A DNA stretch of 38,689 nucleotides from Octopus bimaculoides. Its lineage: Eukaryota. A program made the position numbers and the translations under genes. The notes beneath the pieces were generated by a model. That model was not told where the DNA came from. It saw nothing but the letters and a program-made list of their open reading frames with translations, and did not search any database. Every line of letters begins with the position of its first letter. Position 1 is the first letter of the stretch. The stretch lies in NCBI RefSeq assembly GCF_001194135.2, contig NC_068986.1:23522184-23560872 (forward strand), written 5' to 3'. This document shows positions 1 to 9,812 of this stretch, one piece after another.

Positions 1-229
1 AGGGGATGGTGGTGAACCCTGCTGTACACTTCCACCACAACTTTCTCTCACTCTTCCTTCCTGTTTCTGTTGTGCCTGTAATTCAAAGGGTCAGCCTTGT
101 CACTCTGTGTCACGCTGAATATCCCCGAGAACTACGTTAAAGTTACACGTGTCTGTGGAGTGCTCAGCCACTTGCACGTTAATTTAACTGGCAGGCTGTT
201 CCGTTGATCAGATCAACTGGAACCCTCGA
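1..229 (+). mobile_element. SINE family A, 3' body (head lies outside the window)
   Basis: Co-linear with the copies at 8098-8404, 13705-13928 and 33681-34026 (gaaccctgctgtac...gtcacgctgaatat...gagtgctcagccacttgcacgttaattt...ctgttccgttgatc.gatcaactggaacc). Confidence 0.9.
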
Positions 230-261
230 CTGACCTAACCACTGGCCCATTGCGCCTCCAC
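230..261 (-). mobile_element. Inverted 5' head fragment of SINE family A fused to the end of the + strand body
   Basis: ctgacctaaccactggcccattgcgcctccac matches 33995-34026 (ctgccctaaccactgggccattgcgcctccac), the head of the minus-strand family A copy. Confidence 0.85.
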
Positions 262-546
262 AACATGTTTAGTATTAGAGAAAGAAACCTAGTTGTTTCT
301 CGCAATACCACTAAAGCAAACTTTTTTCATGAACATTTAAAATACTACTGTGAATTCCCAAATTACTCTTTTGCTTTGGTGGATCCCACTAAAATCTTAA
401 ACGCCCCACCAGAGGTGACATGGAGCCTGGTTGAGAACCACTCAGCTAGATGAGCTGATGTTATTGTATTTATATCTCAGTATTCAATTTCTCTATATTA
501 CTGTTTCATTCTGATCGTTCAGTGTCGACTCATTGTTGAAACATGT

Positions 547-801
547 GTTGCCGCTCCGTCGGTTGCGACGACGAGGGTTCCAGTTGATTCAATCAACGGA
601 ACAGCCTGTTCGTGAAATTAACGTGCAAGTGGCTGAGCATTCTGCAGACACGTGTCCCCTTAATGTAGTTCTCAGGGAGATTCAGCGTGACACAGAATGT
701 GACAAGGCAGGCCCTTTGAAATACAGGTATAACAGATACAGAAAAAAGAGTGAGAGAAAGTCGTCGTGAAAGAGTACAGCAGGGTTCGCCATCATCCCCT
801 G
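547..801 (-). mobile_element. SINE family A-type body and tail
   Basis: Reverse complement of the family A body; shares ggttccagttgat..atcaacggaacagcctg...agagtacagcagggttcgcca.catcccctg. Confidence 0.88.
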
Positions 802-1030
802 TATGGAAGCACATCGTCTATATGTGCACGTGGCTTTGTGTTTGTCTCACCATTATCTGACAACCGGTGTTGCTTTGGTTACGTTTCCGTAACTTAAAGG
901 TTCAGCAAAAGAATCCGATAGGATAAACACAAGACTTAAAGATATGTACTGGGGGCGATTTGTCCCATCAAACCCCTCAAGGCGGTGCCCCAGCATGGCT
1001 GCAGTCCAATGACTGACACAAGTAAAATAT
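802..1030 (+). mobile_element. SINE family C, degraded 3' half
   Basis: tgacaaccggtg...gtaactta...ccgatag...ggcggtgccccagcatggctgcagtccaatgactgacacaagtaaaa matches 9511-9723 and 11130-11345. Confidence 0.75.
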
Positions 1031-1079
1031 AATATATACTACTAGTTCAAAATAAATGTGACTATAACTCTTAAAGAAC

Positions 1080-1900
1080 TGTCTGGAGTATTAACAGTTA
1101 CTATTGTGAAGAATGCAGTGAAATCAGTTCCAAATATGCTATTTTCGGTATCACAAATCTGCAAACATCAATCAATCATATTAGAGATAAAATTCGAATT
1201 TTATTGTTTATACGAAAAATATTTCAAATTCTGGCAAAATTCCACCTTAGATCAACACCATAAGATATTTAATTTTCTATGGACTTTCTGTGTCCCAGAT
1301 ATAGAATTGGGAATTTGTAGTTGTCGGAGATGCAGTTGTTGGGGCATGAAGAGGGAGGCTCCGTCTTCATGGTGTAATTTTCGTTATCTTGCTGACGTGC
1401 AAACCCCTTTTATTGTGTGGAACGTGGTGTAATCATTTTCAAATGTGCTATTTTAGGTAATATGATTTTATAAATATCAAGTCAATCGAACTAGAAAAGT
1501 GCTTTGAATTGTATTGCTTGCATGAAAAATATTTGAGAATCTGGTAGTATTCCAAATTTATTTCAGTCCTTAAGGTTTTTACTATAGTTTATGTGATTTT
1601 TTATGTCCCAGTTATAAGAACGAGGCACCATTGTTGGTCTCACAATAGTGCATTACTCCTATATTTTGGGCATAAAAATGCGGGTTAGTAACTGTCGGGG
1701 CTGAAGTGTATTAGGCTCTGAAGTGTATTAGGCTCTGAAGAAGACAATGACAAATCTTTATGCTGCAGTCATTGGTATGTCGTGGGTGATGAATTTCTAT
1801 GAGTGATCTTCAATGGTGTAAAACTTAATATTTGTAGCTCCCTACATGTGTGCTGTTAATATTTATTGCTTTCTTAATGTGTTGTTATTGTCTGTGATGT
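1080..1900 (-). mobile_element. Highly decayed Penelope-like reverse transcriptase remnant
   Basis: Manual minus-strand translation with stops and frameshifts gives, in PLE RT order: IKKA, RIFMPKI..VRP, RSYNWDIKNHINYSKNLKD*NKFGILPDSQIF, IKG, IKFEF...MFADL. These resemble IKKADKG / FYxLPKIHK..RP / SYIKDTNHF..LK..LP / IKF..FLD. Confidence 0.55.
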
Positions 1901-2534
1901 TGAAGAGCAATATTAGTTTGATCTCGCTAGAGAATATTTCTGAACCTCTGTTCGTGGAATCAGTACAAGTTTAACCTGCAGTGTCTTGATTGCATGCGAA
2001 TAACGTTTAAATTTGGAAAATTAAGCAGCAATGAAAGGTGATACTAGCTACTGGCCACATAGGAGTGAGCATTGTTAGAGGTGACGTCATGTTGGCCGTT
2101 GATAACTGCATATGAACAAGAGTCTTTGAACGGAGCTGAATGTTGGTGAACACAGTTTCATATTGATGTCCTATTGATGAGGAGTGAGAGGTTTGTATCA
2201 CGGAGAAAAACGTGTTAGAAAGGAGGCACATGTGGAGTCTAGGTTGGATCAGAACCGAGAGACATTAGAGAAGAGGATGTAAATTGATAAATTGAATTTT
2301 CAATCGGATTTAGTGTTATGTTTGCTATTTAGGAAAGCGTAGAGGGTATCAGTGCACGGTAGGATTACGATAACGATAATTTCTGCCTTGGAGCCTAGTT
2401 GGAAATCTTGCTACAGAGCGAATTCCGATGAAGTCAATATGTGGTCCAGGAAGTAATCATAATTACATCAAGTAGTGTGATGTGTTGACCACCCAATCAT
2501 ATTACACTTCCTATTAAAAACAAGTCAAAGACAG

Positions 2535-2699
2535 TGTTATGTCTCAAGCTACTGCTATCTAGTACCTTCCGATGATCTCTACTCAACCGCTACACAACTA
2601 CTACTCGACTGCTACTCAACACACCTGCCGCGGCCAGACTACCTCTATTTATATGTCTTGGGAGACCCTACTTCTCCGCCTGGGAGCGTCGACACAACA
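2535..2699 (-). mobile_element. Solo LTR (165 bp) with 5-bp target site duplication
   Basis: Begins TGTTA and ends CAACA (TG...CA, inverted termini). Flanked by GACAG at 2530-2534 and 2700-2704. TATAAATA lies on the minus strand at 2646-2653. Confidence 0.7.
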
Positions 2700-2814
2700 G
2701 ACAGTGATCTACTCGCTACCTCGACTTCATAAGATAACGCACTAAAGGCACTTGGTGACTCAAAATAAAAAGACGATATATGGACTGTTTCAGAAGTTAT
2801 AAAGGGCGGCTGTG

Positions 2815-3030
2815 AACTGAGATCAAAAGAGAAGGAAAAACAAAAAGAGAGACACAGTAGAGAGAGAACGAGCGGGGAAAGAGGGAAAGAGAGGAAGAAT
2901 GAGAAAGAAAAAGAGAGAATGAGTAAAAGAATGAGATTGAGAAGTAGAGAGATAGACTCAAAATAGGAGCATCAAATGAGGTGAGTGAGGAATATAAGCA
3001 AAAATTGAGATGACTAGAGAGTAAGAGAAA
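2815..3030 (+). repeat. Purine-rich (GA/GAA) low-complexity tract
   Basis: Almost entirely A/G on the + strand, with degenerate (GA)n. Confidence 0.8.
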
Positions 3031-3439
3031 AATATCGTAGATAATTATTTCTCTCACATTAACAATTGATATCCGGAAAATCACTTAAGCAATCTAGTAA
3101 GTATAAATTCAGTAATTACAGGTCGATAAATGTTCAAGTTAATTATCTTTTAACAGCGAGAGTGTCTCTGAATGATAAGTCATCTTATGTCAACCAGTTT
3201 CTAAACACATACAGTAAATTCGTATTTCAATTCTGTTTATATTTTCACAATACACTGCATGACCTGTAAAAGTATTCAGTCTCTATTTCATGGCTTTAAC
3301 TCTCCGATTTCTCTGTCAAATGCAATGCTTATTTATTCACGTTGTTTTGAATTAATCATGCATTATCTCGTAGCTTTGAGATCTTGAGGATGTGATTATT
3401 TATTTACATTATTTACATTTGACGGATATTTGTTTGTTG

Positions 3440-3490
3440 TTAACGAAACGTTTCGGCTGATATACCCTCCAGCTTTCATCAGGTGTCTTG
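3440..3490 (-). ncRNA. Minimal type I hammerhead ribozyme motif (PLE type), probably degenerate
   Basis: Reads caagacac-CUGAUGA-aa-GCUG-gagggUaUaU-CAGC-c-GAAA-CGUU-ucguu: intact core boxes, a 4-bp stem II and a minimal ACGU stem III. Stem I pairing is poor in this copy. Confidence 0.65.
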
Positions 3491-3561
3491 GGAAATTTCG
3501 AACCTGGGTTCTTATTCCTAAGATATTTTTCGATGTTATTATTATTATTATTATTATTATT

Positions 3562-4227
3562 CAGTAGTTTTATTTTTATAACGTGCTTTCACTTCACTAC
3601 CGAGCGCAGCTCTGTGCGCCTTGGGTATGTGCTGTGGTTTGCTGTGGTGCTCTTATGTTTACTGTATTGAAAGTGTTTTGTGTAGAATGTGTGCAGTACC
3701 CAGTAGTGCAATTTTCTGTATGTTATATATATTTGTAAGTCCTGCTATTTTTGTTATGTATTTGTCTGAATATTTTTTTATTATACCTAAGGCACCTACT
3801 ATGATAGGAATTGTTTCTGTTTTTAGATTCCACATTCGAGTTATCTCTATTTCCAGGTCTTTGTATTTTGAAAGTTTTTCCNNNNNNNNNNNNNNNNNNN
3901 NNNNNNNNNNNNNNNNNNNNNNNNNNNNNNNNNNNNNNNNNNNNNNNNNNNNNNNNNNNNNNNNNNNNNNNNNNNNNNNNNNNNNNNNNNNNNNNNNNNN
4001 NNNNNNNNNNNNNNNNNNNNNNNNNNNNNNNNNNNNNNNNNNNNNNNNNNNNNNNNNNNNNNNNNNNNNNNNNNNNNNNNNNNNNNNNNNNNNNNNNNNN
4101 NNNNNNNNNNNNNNNNNNNNNNNNNNNNNNNNNNNNNNNNNNNNNNNNNTATTCTACAGTTACTTGTTATATTTATTTTCATTATGTGTTTTTGGTAATT
4201 TCTGGTGGGGAGGCTTTGGTCTTGTGC
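3562..4227 (-). mobile_element. 5'-truncated RLE-type non-LTR retrotransposon (R4/Dong-like) 3' end
   Basis: Translation gives AQDQSLPTRNYQKHIMKINITSNCRI (start of the CCHC knuckle) before the gap. After the gap it gives KYKDLEIEITRMWNLKTETIPIIVGALGIIKKYSDKYITKIAGLTNIYNIQKIALLGTAHILHKTLSIQ* (stop at 3659-3661), typical of the RLE C-terminus. (TAA)n flanks both sides. Confidence 0.85.
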
Positions 4228-4228
4228 A

Positions 4229-4302
<74 letters not shown>

Positions 4303-4321
4303 TCACTGCCTGGAATCGAAC

Positions 4322-4386
4322 ACGGCGTAGTGGTTAAGAGTGCGGGCTACTAACTCCAAGACTCCGAGTTCGATTCCTAGCAGTTA

Positions 4387-4428
<42 letters not shown>

Positions 4429-4595
4429 CAACAACAACATCGAAAAATACCTTACGAATGAGAACCAGGCTGTTCCGTTGATCGGATCAACTGGAACCCT
4501 CGTCGTCGTAAGCGACGGCGTGCCAACAACAACAATCCACCATGTAAATAATGTAAATAATGGACATTATTCATCGTCTCATACATATAGAACTG
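4322..4595 (+). mobile_element. Composite element D copy 2 (tRNA-like head, (AAT)n, PLE-type tail with the ribozyme segment replaced)
   Basis: A-box-like ggcgtagtgg and B-box gttcgattcc (4368-4377), (aat)n at 4391-4423, aacatcgaaaaataccttacgaatgagaaccagg, and later atgtaaataatgtaaataa, all shared with copy 1. Confidence 0.75.
4466..4535 (+). mobile_element. 5'-truncated SINE family A tail nested in element D copy 2
   Basis: caggctgttccgttgatcggatcaactggaaccctcgtcgtcgtaagcgacggcgtgccaacaacaacaa is the family A 3' end. Confidence 0.9.
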
Positions 4596-6350
4596 ATTAT
4601 TTATTGTTAGAAGGAACTGGCAGGGTAGGTATGAGAGGCTGGATCCGGTCAGTTTGAACATAAAACAGGTAAAGTATGCGGGCCTGATCCTTTACCTAAT
4701 TAATTCTATGTTTCCCACAGTCTGTTTGTTAGATGATTCAAAATGGAAGCATGGTCTCGTCGAAACAATGTTGCTATTTTGTGATATAGATACCCGATAA
4801 AGCTAATTAATTCTATTCGTGCAATGGCCAAGTAGAAGATATGAACAAAACTCAGTCCCTTCCTTAAATACAAGACTTAGTAAATCCGAGTCATTATGGT
4901 CGTCTATTCAAGAAATCAGTATCATGTTTGGTCGTTGTGCTTAAGTTCGATTTCAGACGTAAAACCGACATGGAATAGAGAGGCATGCTGTTGAAGAAGA
5001 CGCAAATGGTGACGAAAAGACTATGACTCAGCCGATTAAATGACTGATCGAACGATTAATCATATAAATGATTAGCTAATTAATTAAATAATTAACCAAT
5101 TGACAAATAAGAATGAAAGGAGAAAATGGAACCAGAGCGTGTGTTTGTTATAGGCATAATGAACCTCTCCAGATACAACAAAATGTATTATTTTTCTGTT
5201 TCTTTTATGATAGAGATATTCCCTGAATTTTCATAGATCTCAGTGAAAGGTAACGGTTATTCGTTATAAAATGCTCATATTGGGCATTCCTTAATTTTCC
5301 TCGCGTAACAGTTATTTCCCTTCATGTAGGCATATTTTCTTGTCGAACGTGCGGCCAAAGATTTCTGGTTTCTGAATATTTTCTGTTTAATTTCATCGCT
5401 TAAAACTTTAAACTATCAATTTTGTTGAGTAGCTCGATACGTTTTTCCCCTTGATCTCTGATGCGGCAACCATGTTTGTTGGAAAATTGTATTTCAGTTT
5501 CATCATTATAAACTCTATCAATTGTATTTCTTTAATGTTTTTTAATACAAACAATTTGCAGAGCAAACAAACAAACTTCTCTTCGTTTTACACTTAGAAG
5601 TGAATTCTGCCTCCGCTATTAATTGCAGTTCCAAAACAGATCTTTACGCTAATGCAGAGGTTTGGATAGTGAAATATCTTTCTTGTTCATGTTTTCATTT
5701 CGATATTGTCGCTTGTTAGCTTTAACAAATCCAATCCCATACAGCCACTCACATCGCGTGATGTATAACACATACAGTATGTTATACATCACTCTATATA
5801 CATACAAATATATATATNNNNNNNNNNNNNNNNNNNNNNNNNNNNNNNNNNNNNNNNNNNNNNNNNNNNNNNNNNNNNNNNNNNNNNNNNNNNNNNNNNN
5901 NNNNNNNNNNNNNNNNNNNNNNNNNNNNNNNNNNNNNNNNNNNNNNNNNNNNNNNNNNNNNNNNNNNNNNNNNNNNNNNNNNNNNNNNNNNNNNNNNNNN
6001 NNNNNNNNNNNNNNNNNNNNNNNNNNNNNNNNNNNNNNNNNNNNNNNNNNNNNNNNNNNNNNNNNNNNNNNNNNNNNNNNNNNNNNNNNNNNNNNNNNNN
6101 NNNNNNNNNNNNNNNNNNNNNNNNNNNNNNNNNNNNNNNNNNNNNNNNNNNNNNNNNNNNNNNNNNNNNNNNNNNNNNNNNNNNNNNNNNNNNNNNNNNN
6201 NNNNNNNNNNNNNNNNNNNNNNNNNNNNNNNNNNNNNNNNNNNNNNNNNNNNNNNNNNNNNNNNNNNNNNNNNNNNNNNNNNNNNNNNNNNNNNNNNNNN
6301 NNNNNNNNNNNNNNNNNNNNNNNNNNNNNNNNNNNNNNNNNNNNNNNNNT

Positions 6351-6800
6351 GTCTCAAATCTCTATGCCCAGCGAATGGCTGAAGGTAAATGTCAAACATT
6401 CAAAAATATTTGGAAAATCTTTCTGTTTCACTACTTTATGCCAAATCTGATATTGCGTTCTTGTTGTAATGTCGTGGGACTTAGCTACACTTACGTTACA
6501 CAGTACAGAGCCAGTATATGCTAGCCATGTTTTGTTGCCATAAACATTTTCACTCCCTCGACATCCAGATTATCTTTGCAATTTCGATGATGTCTCAAAT
6601 CTCTATGCCCAGCGAATGGCTGAAGGTAAATGTCAAACATTCAAAAATATTTGGAAAATCTTTCTGTTTCACTACTTTATGCCAAATCTGATATTGCGTT
6701 CTTGTTGTAATGTCGTGGGACTTAGCTACACTTACGTTACACAGTACAGAGCCAGTATATGCTAGCCATGTTTCGTTGCCATAAACATTTCCACTCCCTC
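6351..6800. repeat. Tandem duplication, 241-bp period, about 209 bp shared
   Basis: 6351-6559 is repeated at 6592-6800 with two substitutions seen. The first copy abuts an N gap. Confidence 0.9.
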
Positions 6801-6829
6801 ATCCTTCTCCATCTCTTATCCTTCCATAT

Positions 6830-6889
6830 CATCAAATCATCATCATCATCGTCAACATCACCACCACCACCACCAAAACCACGAACACG

Positions 6890-6958
<69 letters not shown>

Positions 6959-6978
6959 ATCATCATCATCATCATCAT
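6830..6978. repeat. (TCA)n/(TCG)n/(CCA)n trinucleotide microsatellite
   Basis: Read directly from the sequence. Confidence 0.95.
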
Positions 6979-7097
6979 TGTAATCAGGCATAAAATGTGA
7001 AAACGAAATTAAAAATAAGTTAACCGCAAACAAAAAGTACTTAGTAACCTGGACCTTAACTTCTACTGAAAGATCGATCAATATTCGTTAACCTATC

Positions 7098-7099
<2 letters not shown>

Positions 7100-7136
<37 letters not shown>

Positions 7137-7472
7137 TGTGTGTGTGTGCGTTTGTATGTGCGTGTGTGTGTGTGTGTGTGAATATGTATGTTTGTATGCG
7201 CGTGCGTGTACGCATGTGTTTGTGTGTATATGTATACATATACATACACACACACATATATGTAGGTATTTGTAGGTATATATATTTATTTATTTATGCA
7301 TACACATACATGAATACATACGTATACTTTATATATATATATATATACATGAGTGTGTATGTATATATATATATGTGTGTATAGAGAGAGAGAGAGAGGG
7401 AGGGAGAGAGAGAGAAGAGAGTGTGTGCGGAGAGAGAAAAGGGTGATGAAGAGGAAGAGAGGAAAAGAAATA

Positions 7473-7534
<62 letters not shown>

Positions 7535-7538
7535 TATC
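7100..7538. repeat. Compound (TG)n-(TA)n-(GA)n-(TA)n microsatellite block
   Basis: Read directly from the sequence. Confidence 0.95.
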
Positions 7539-8097
7539 TAAGTTGAGAGAGGGGGATGAAGTAGCACTGTTTTCTGCCAGTCTTTAAACATCAACAACAA
7601 AAATAACAGCAACAACATCACTTTATAGATTGTAAATTGAACATCGGTGTGAAGTCAAACCAATATTCTAATTGATTAAATGCCATTCCTTTATTTCTAA
7701 AGATTCAAATAATTTTTATTGATTACTTCCCGAAGCTGTAAACTTAAAAGGAATTTCTGCAAGAAATGACGACGACGAAATTCAACGTAGAACCTATTTG
7801 AGAGATAGCAGAATCCTAACTTAGCAGACACTTGCCTCACCTACGTAGAAATGTGATTAACGTTGAACAATGACTGGATTTCACATTAATGCAAAACATC
7901 ATAAGTAAAAATGTCACTGAATCTCTCTATCGTTATTTGTATCTTCCCTCCTCACTCGCTTTCTCTCCGTCTCTCTTCTCTCCTCTATTTCACTCTCTCT
8001 CTCGATAAATACACACGTACATACATATACACATGCACTCACAAACATATATACATACATACATACATACATATATATACACACATACATGCATACA

Positions 8098-8404
8098 TTG
8101 TTGGCACTCCGTCGCTTACGACGTCGAGGGTTCCAGTTGATCCGATCAACGGAACAGCCTGCTCGTGAAATTAACGTGCAAGTGGCTGAGCACTCCACAG
8201 ACACGTGTACCCTTAACGTAGTTCTCGGGGATATTCAGCGTGACACAGTGTGACAAGGCTGACCCTTTGAATTACAGGCACAACAGAAACAGGAAGTGAG
8301 AGTGAGAGAAAGTTGTGGTGAAAGAGTACAGCAGGGTTCGCCACCATCCCCTGCCGGAGCCTCGTGGAGCATTAGGTGTTTTCGCTCAATAAACACTCAC
8401 AACT
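8098..8404 (-). mobile_element. SINE family A (head lost in the N gap)
   Basis: Nearly co-linear with 33681-33950; the 3' end reads ttgttggcactccgtcgcttacgacg. Confidence 0.92.
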
Positions 8405-8525
8405 NNNNNNNNNNNNNNNNNNNNNNNNNNNNNNNNNNNNNNNNNNNNNNNNNNNNNNNNNNNNNNNNNNNNNNNNNNNNNNNNNNNNNNNNNNNNNNNN
8501 NNNNNNNNNNNNNNNNNNNNNNNNN

Positions 8526-8559
<34 letters not shown>

Positions 8560-8580
8560 TTACGTACGTACGTACAAACA

Positions 8581-9066
8581 TACAAGAGTATGCGTTTGTA
8601 ATCCAGGAACAGGAAATATCAGCCAAATACCGGATGCACAAAATTGACAGAGATGCAGGAAAAGCAGTAAAATGTGACAACCGATGCAGAGTTTGTGGAG
8701 TTAACACCAAATCAGCCACATCATAAGCAGTTGCCCAAAAACGTCATCTACCGATGAGACATGATGTTGTAGTTTGGACATTATATAATGAAATCCGTCG
8801 GAAGGATAACCCCAAGAACAAAGAAAAAAAAAACAGGAACCCATAGTATGGTAGAAGCCATAGCCACTGATAATAAAAGGAGTACTGGTAGAATGTCCCA
8901 CAATAGGCGCAGGAGTGGCTGTGTGGTAAGTAGCTTGCTTACGAACCACATAGTTCCGGGTTCACTCCCACTGCGTGGCACCTTGAGCAAGTGTCTTCTA
9001 CTATAGCCTCGGGCCGACCAAAGCTTGTGAGTGGATTTGGTAGACGGAAACTGAAAGAAGCTCGTC

Positions 9067-9098
<32 letters not shown>

Positions 9099-9790
9099 GT
9101 GTGNNNNNNNNNNNNNNNNNNNNNNNNNNNNNNNNNNNNNNNNNNNNNNNNNNNNNNNNNNNNNNNNNNNNNNNNNNNNNNNNNNNNNNNNNNNNNNNNN
9201 NNNNNNNNNNNNNNNNNNNNNNNNNNNNNNNNNNNNNNNNNNNNNNNNNNNNNNNNNNNNNNNNNNNNNNNNNNNNNNNNNNNNNNNNNNNNNNNNNNNN
9301 NNNNNNNNNNNNNNNNNNNNNNNNNNNNNNNNNNNNNNNNNNNNNNNNNNNNNNNNNNNNNNNNNNNNNNNNNNNNNNNNNNNNNNNNNNNNNNNNNNNN
9401 NNNNNNNNNNNNNNNNNNNNNNNNNNNNNNNNNNNNNNNNNNNNNNNNNNNNNNNNNNNNNNNNNNNNNNNNNNNNNNNNNNNNNNNNNNNNNNNNNNNN
9501 NNNNNNNNNNGTTCGTGTGTCTGTGTTTGTCCCCCCAGCATTGCTTGACAACCGATGCTGGTGTGTTTATGTCCCCGTCACTTAGCGGTTCGCCAAAAAG
9601 GGACCGATAGAATAAGTACTAGGCTTACAAAGAATAAGTCCCGGGGTCGATTTGCTCGACTAAAGGTGGTGCTCCAGCATGGCCGCAGTCAAATTACTGA
9701 AACAAGTAAAATAGTAAAAGAGTACAATAGACCTGATATAATCATTTCGGACAGAGAAGAGAACCTGTGACAGTTGTGGATGTTAACATA
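8581..9790 (+). mobile_element. RLE-type non-LTR retrotransposon fragment (CCHC knuckle + PD-(D/E)xK endonuclease start), interrupted by SINE C
   Basis: With frameshifts: FVIQEQEISAKY...CDNRCRVCG, ISHIISSCPK, LPMRHDVVVWTLYNEIRRKDNP, MSHNR, then after the SINE NRPDIIISDREE..TVVDV. Confidence 0.8.
8907..9723 (+). mobile_element. SINE family C (tRNA-like head, CORE-like segment, internal (TA)n/(TG)n, 3' tail) with 7-bp TSD
   Basis: Head gcgcaggagtggctgtgtggtaag...gggttcactccc, CORE-like caccttgagcaagtgtctt, tail ...aaacaagtaaaatagtaaaagag. TSD acaatag at 8900-8906 and 9724-9730. Confidence 0.88.
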
Positions 9791-9812
9791 AAGCAAAAAA
9801 AACAAAAAAAAC

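Larger units (their letters stand above)
3395..4321 (-). mobile_element. Composite element D copy 1 (tRNA-like head remnant + (TAA)n + Penelope-type terminus), split by a LINE insertion
   Basis: On the minus strand: gttcgattccaggcagtgacctg (4321-4299), (aat)n, [LINE 4227-3562], (aat)n, aacatcgaaaaatatcttaggaataagaacccagg, hammerhead motif, atgtaaataatgtaaataa. The same order is seen in the + copy at 4322-4595. Confidence 0.75.

Noticed and set aside
1701-1740. 17-bp tandem repeat (2.3 copies)
   Set aside because: A local slippage duplication within a decayed element; no spacers, so not CRISPR-like.
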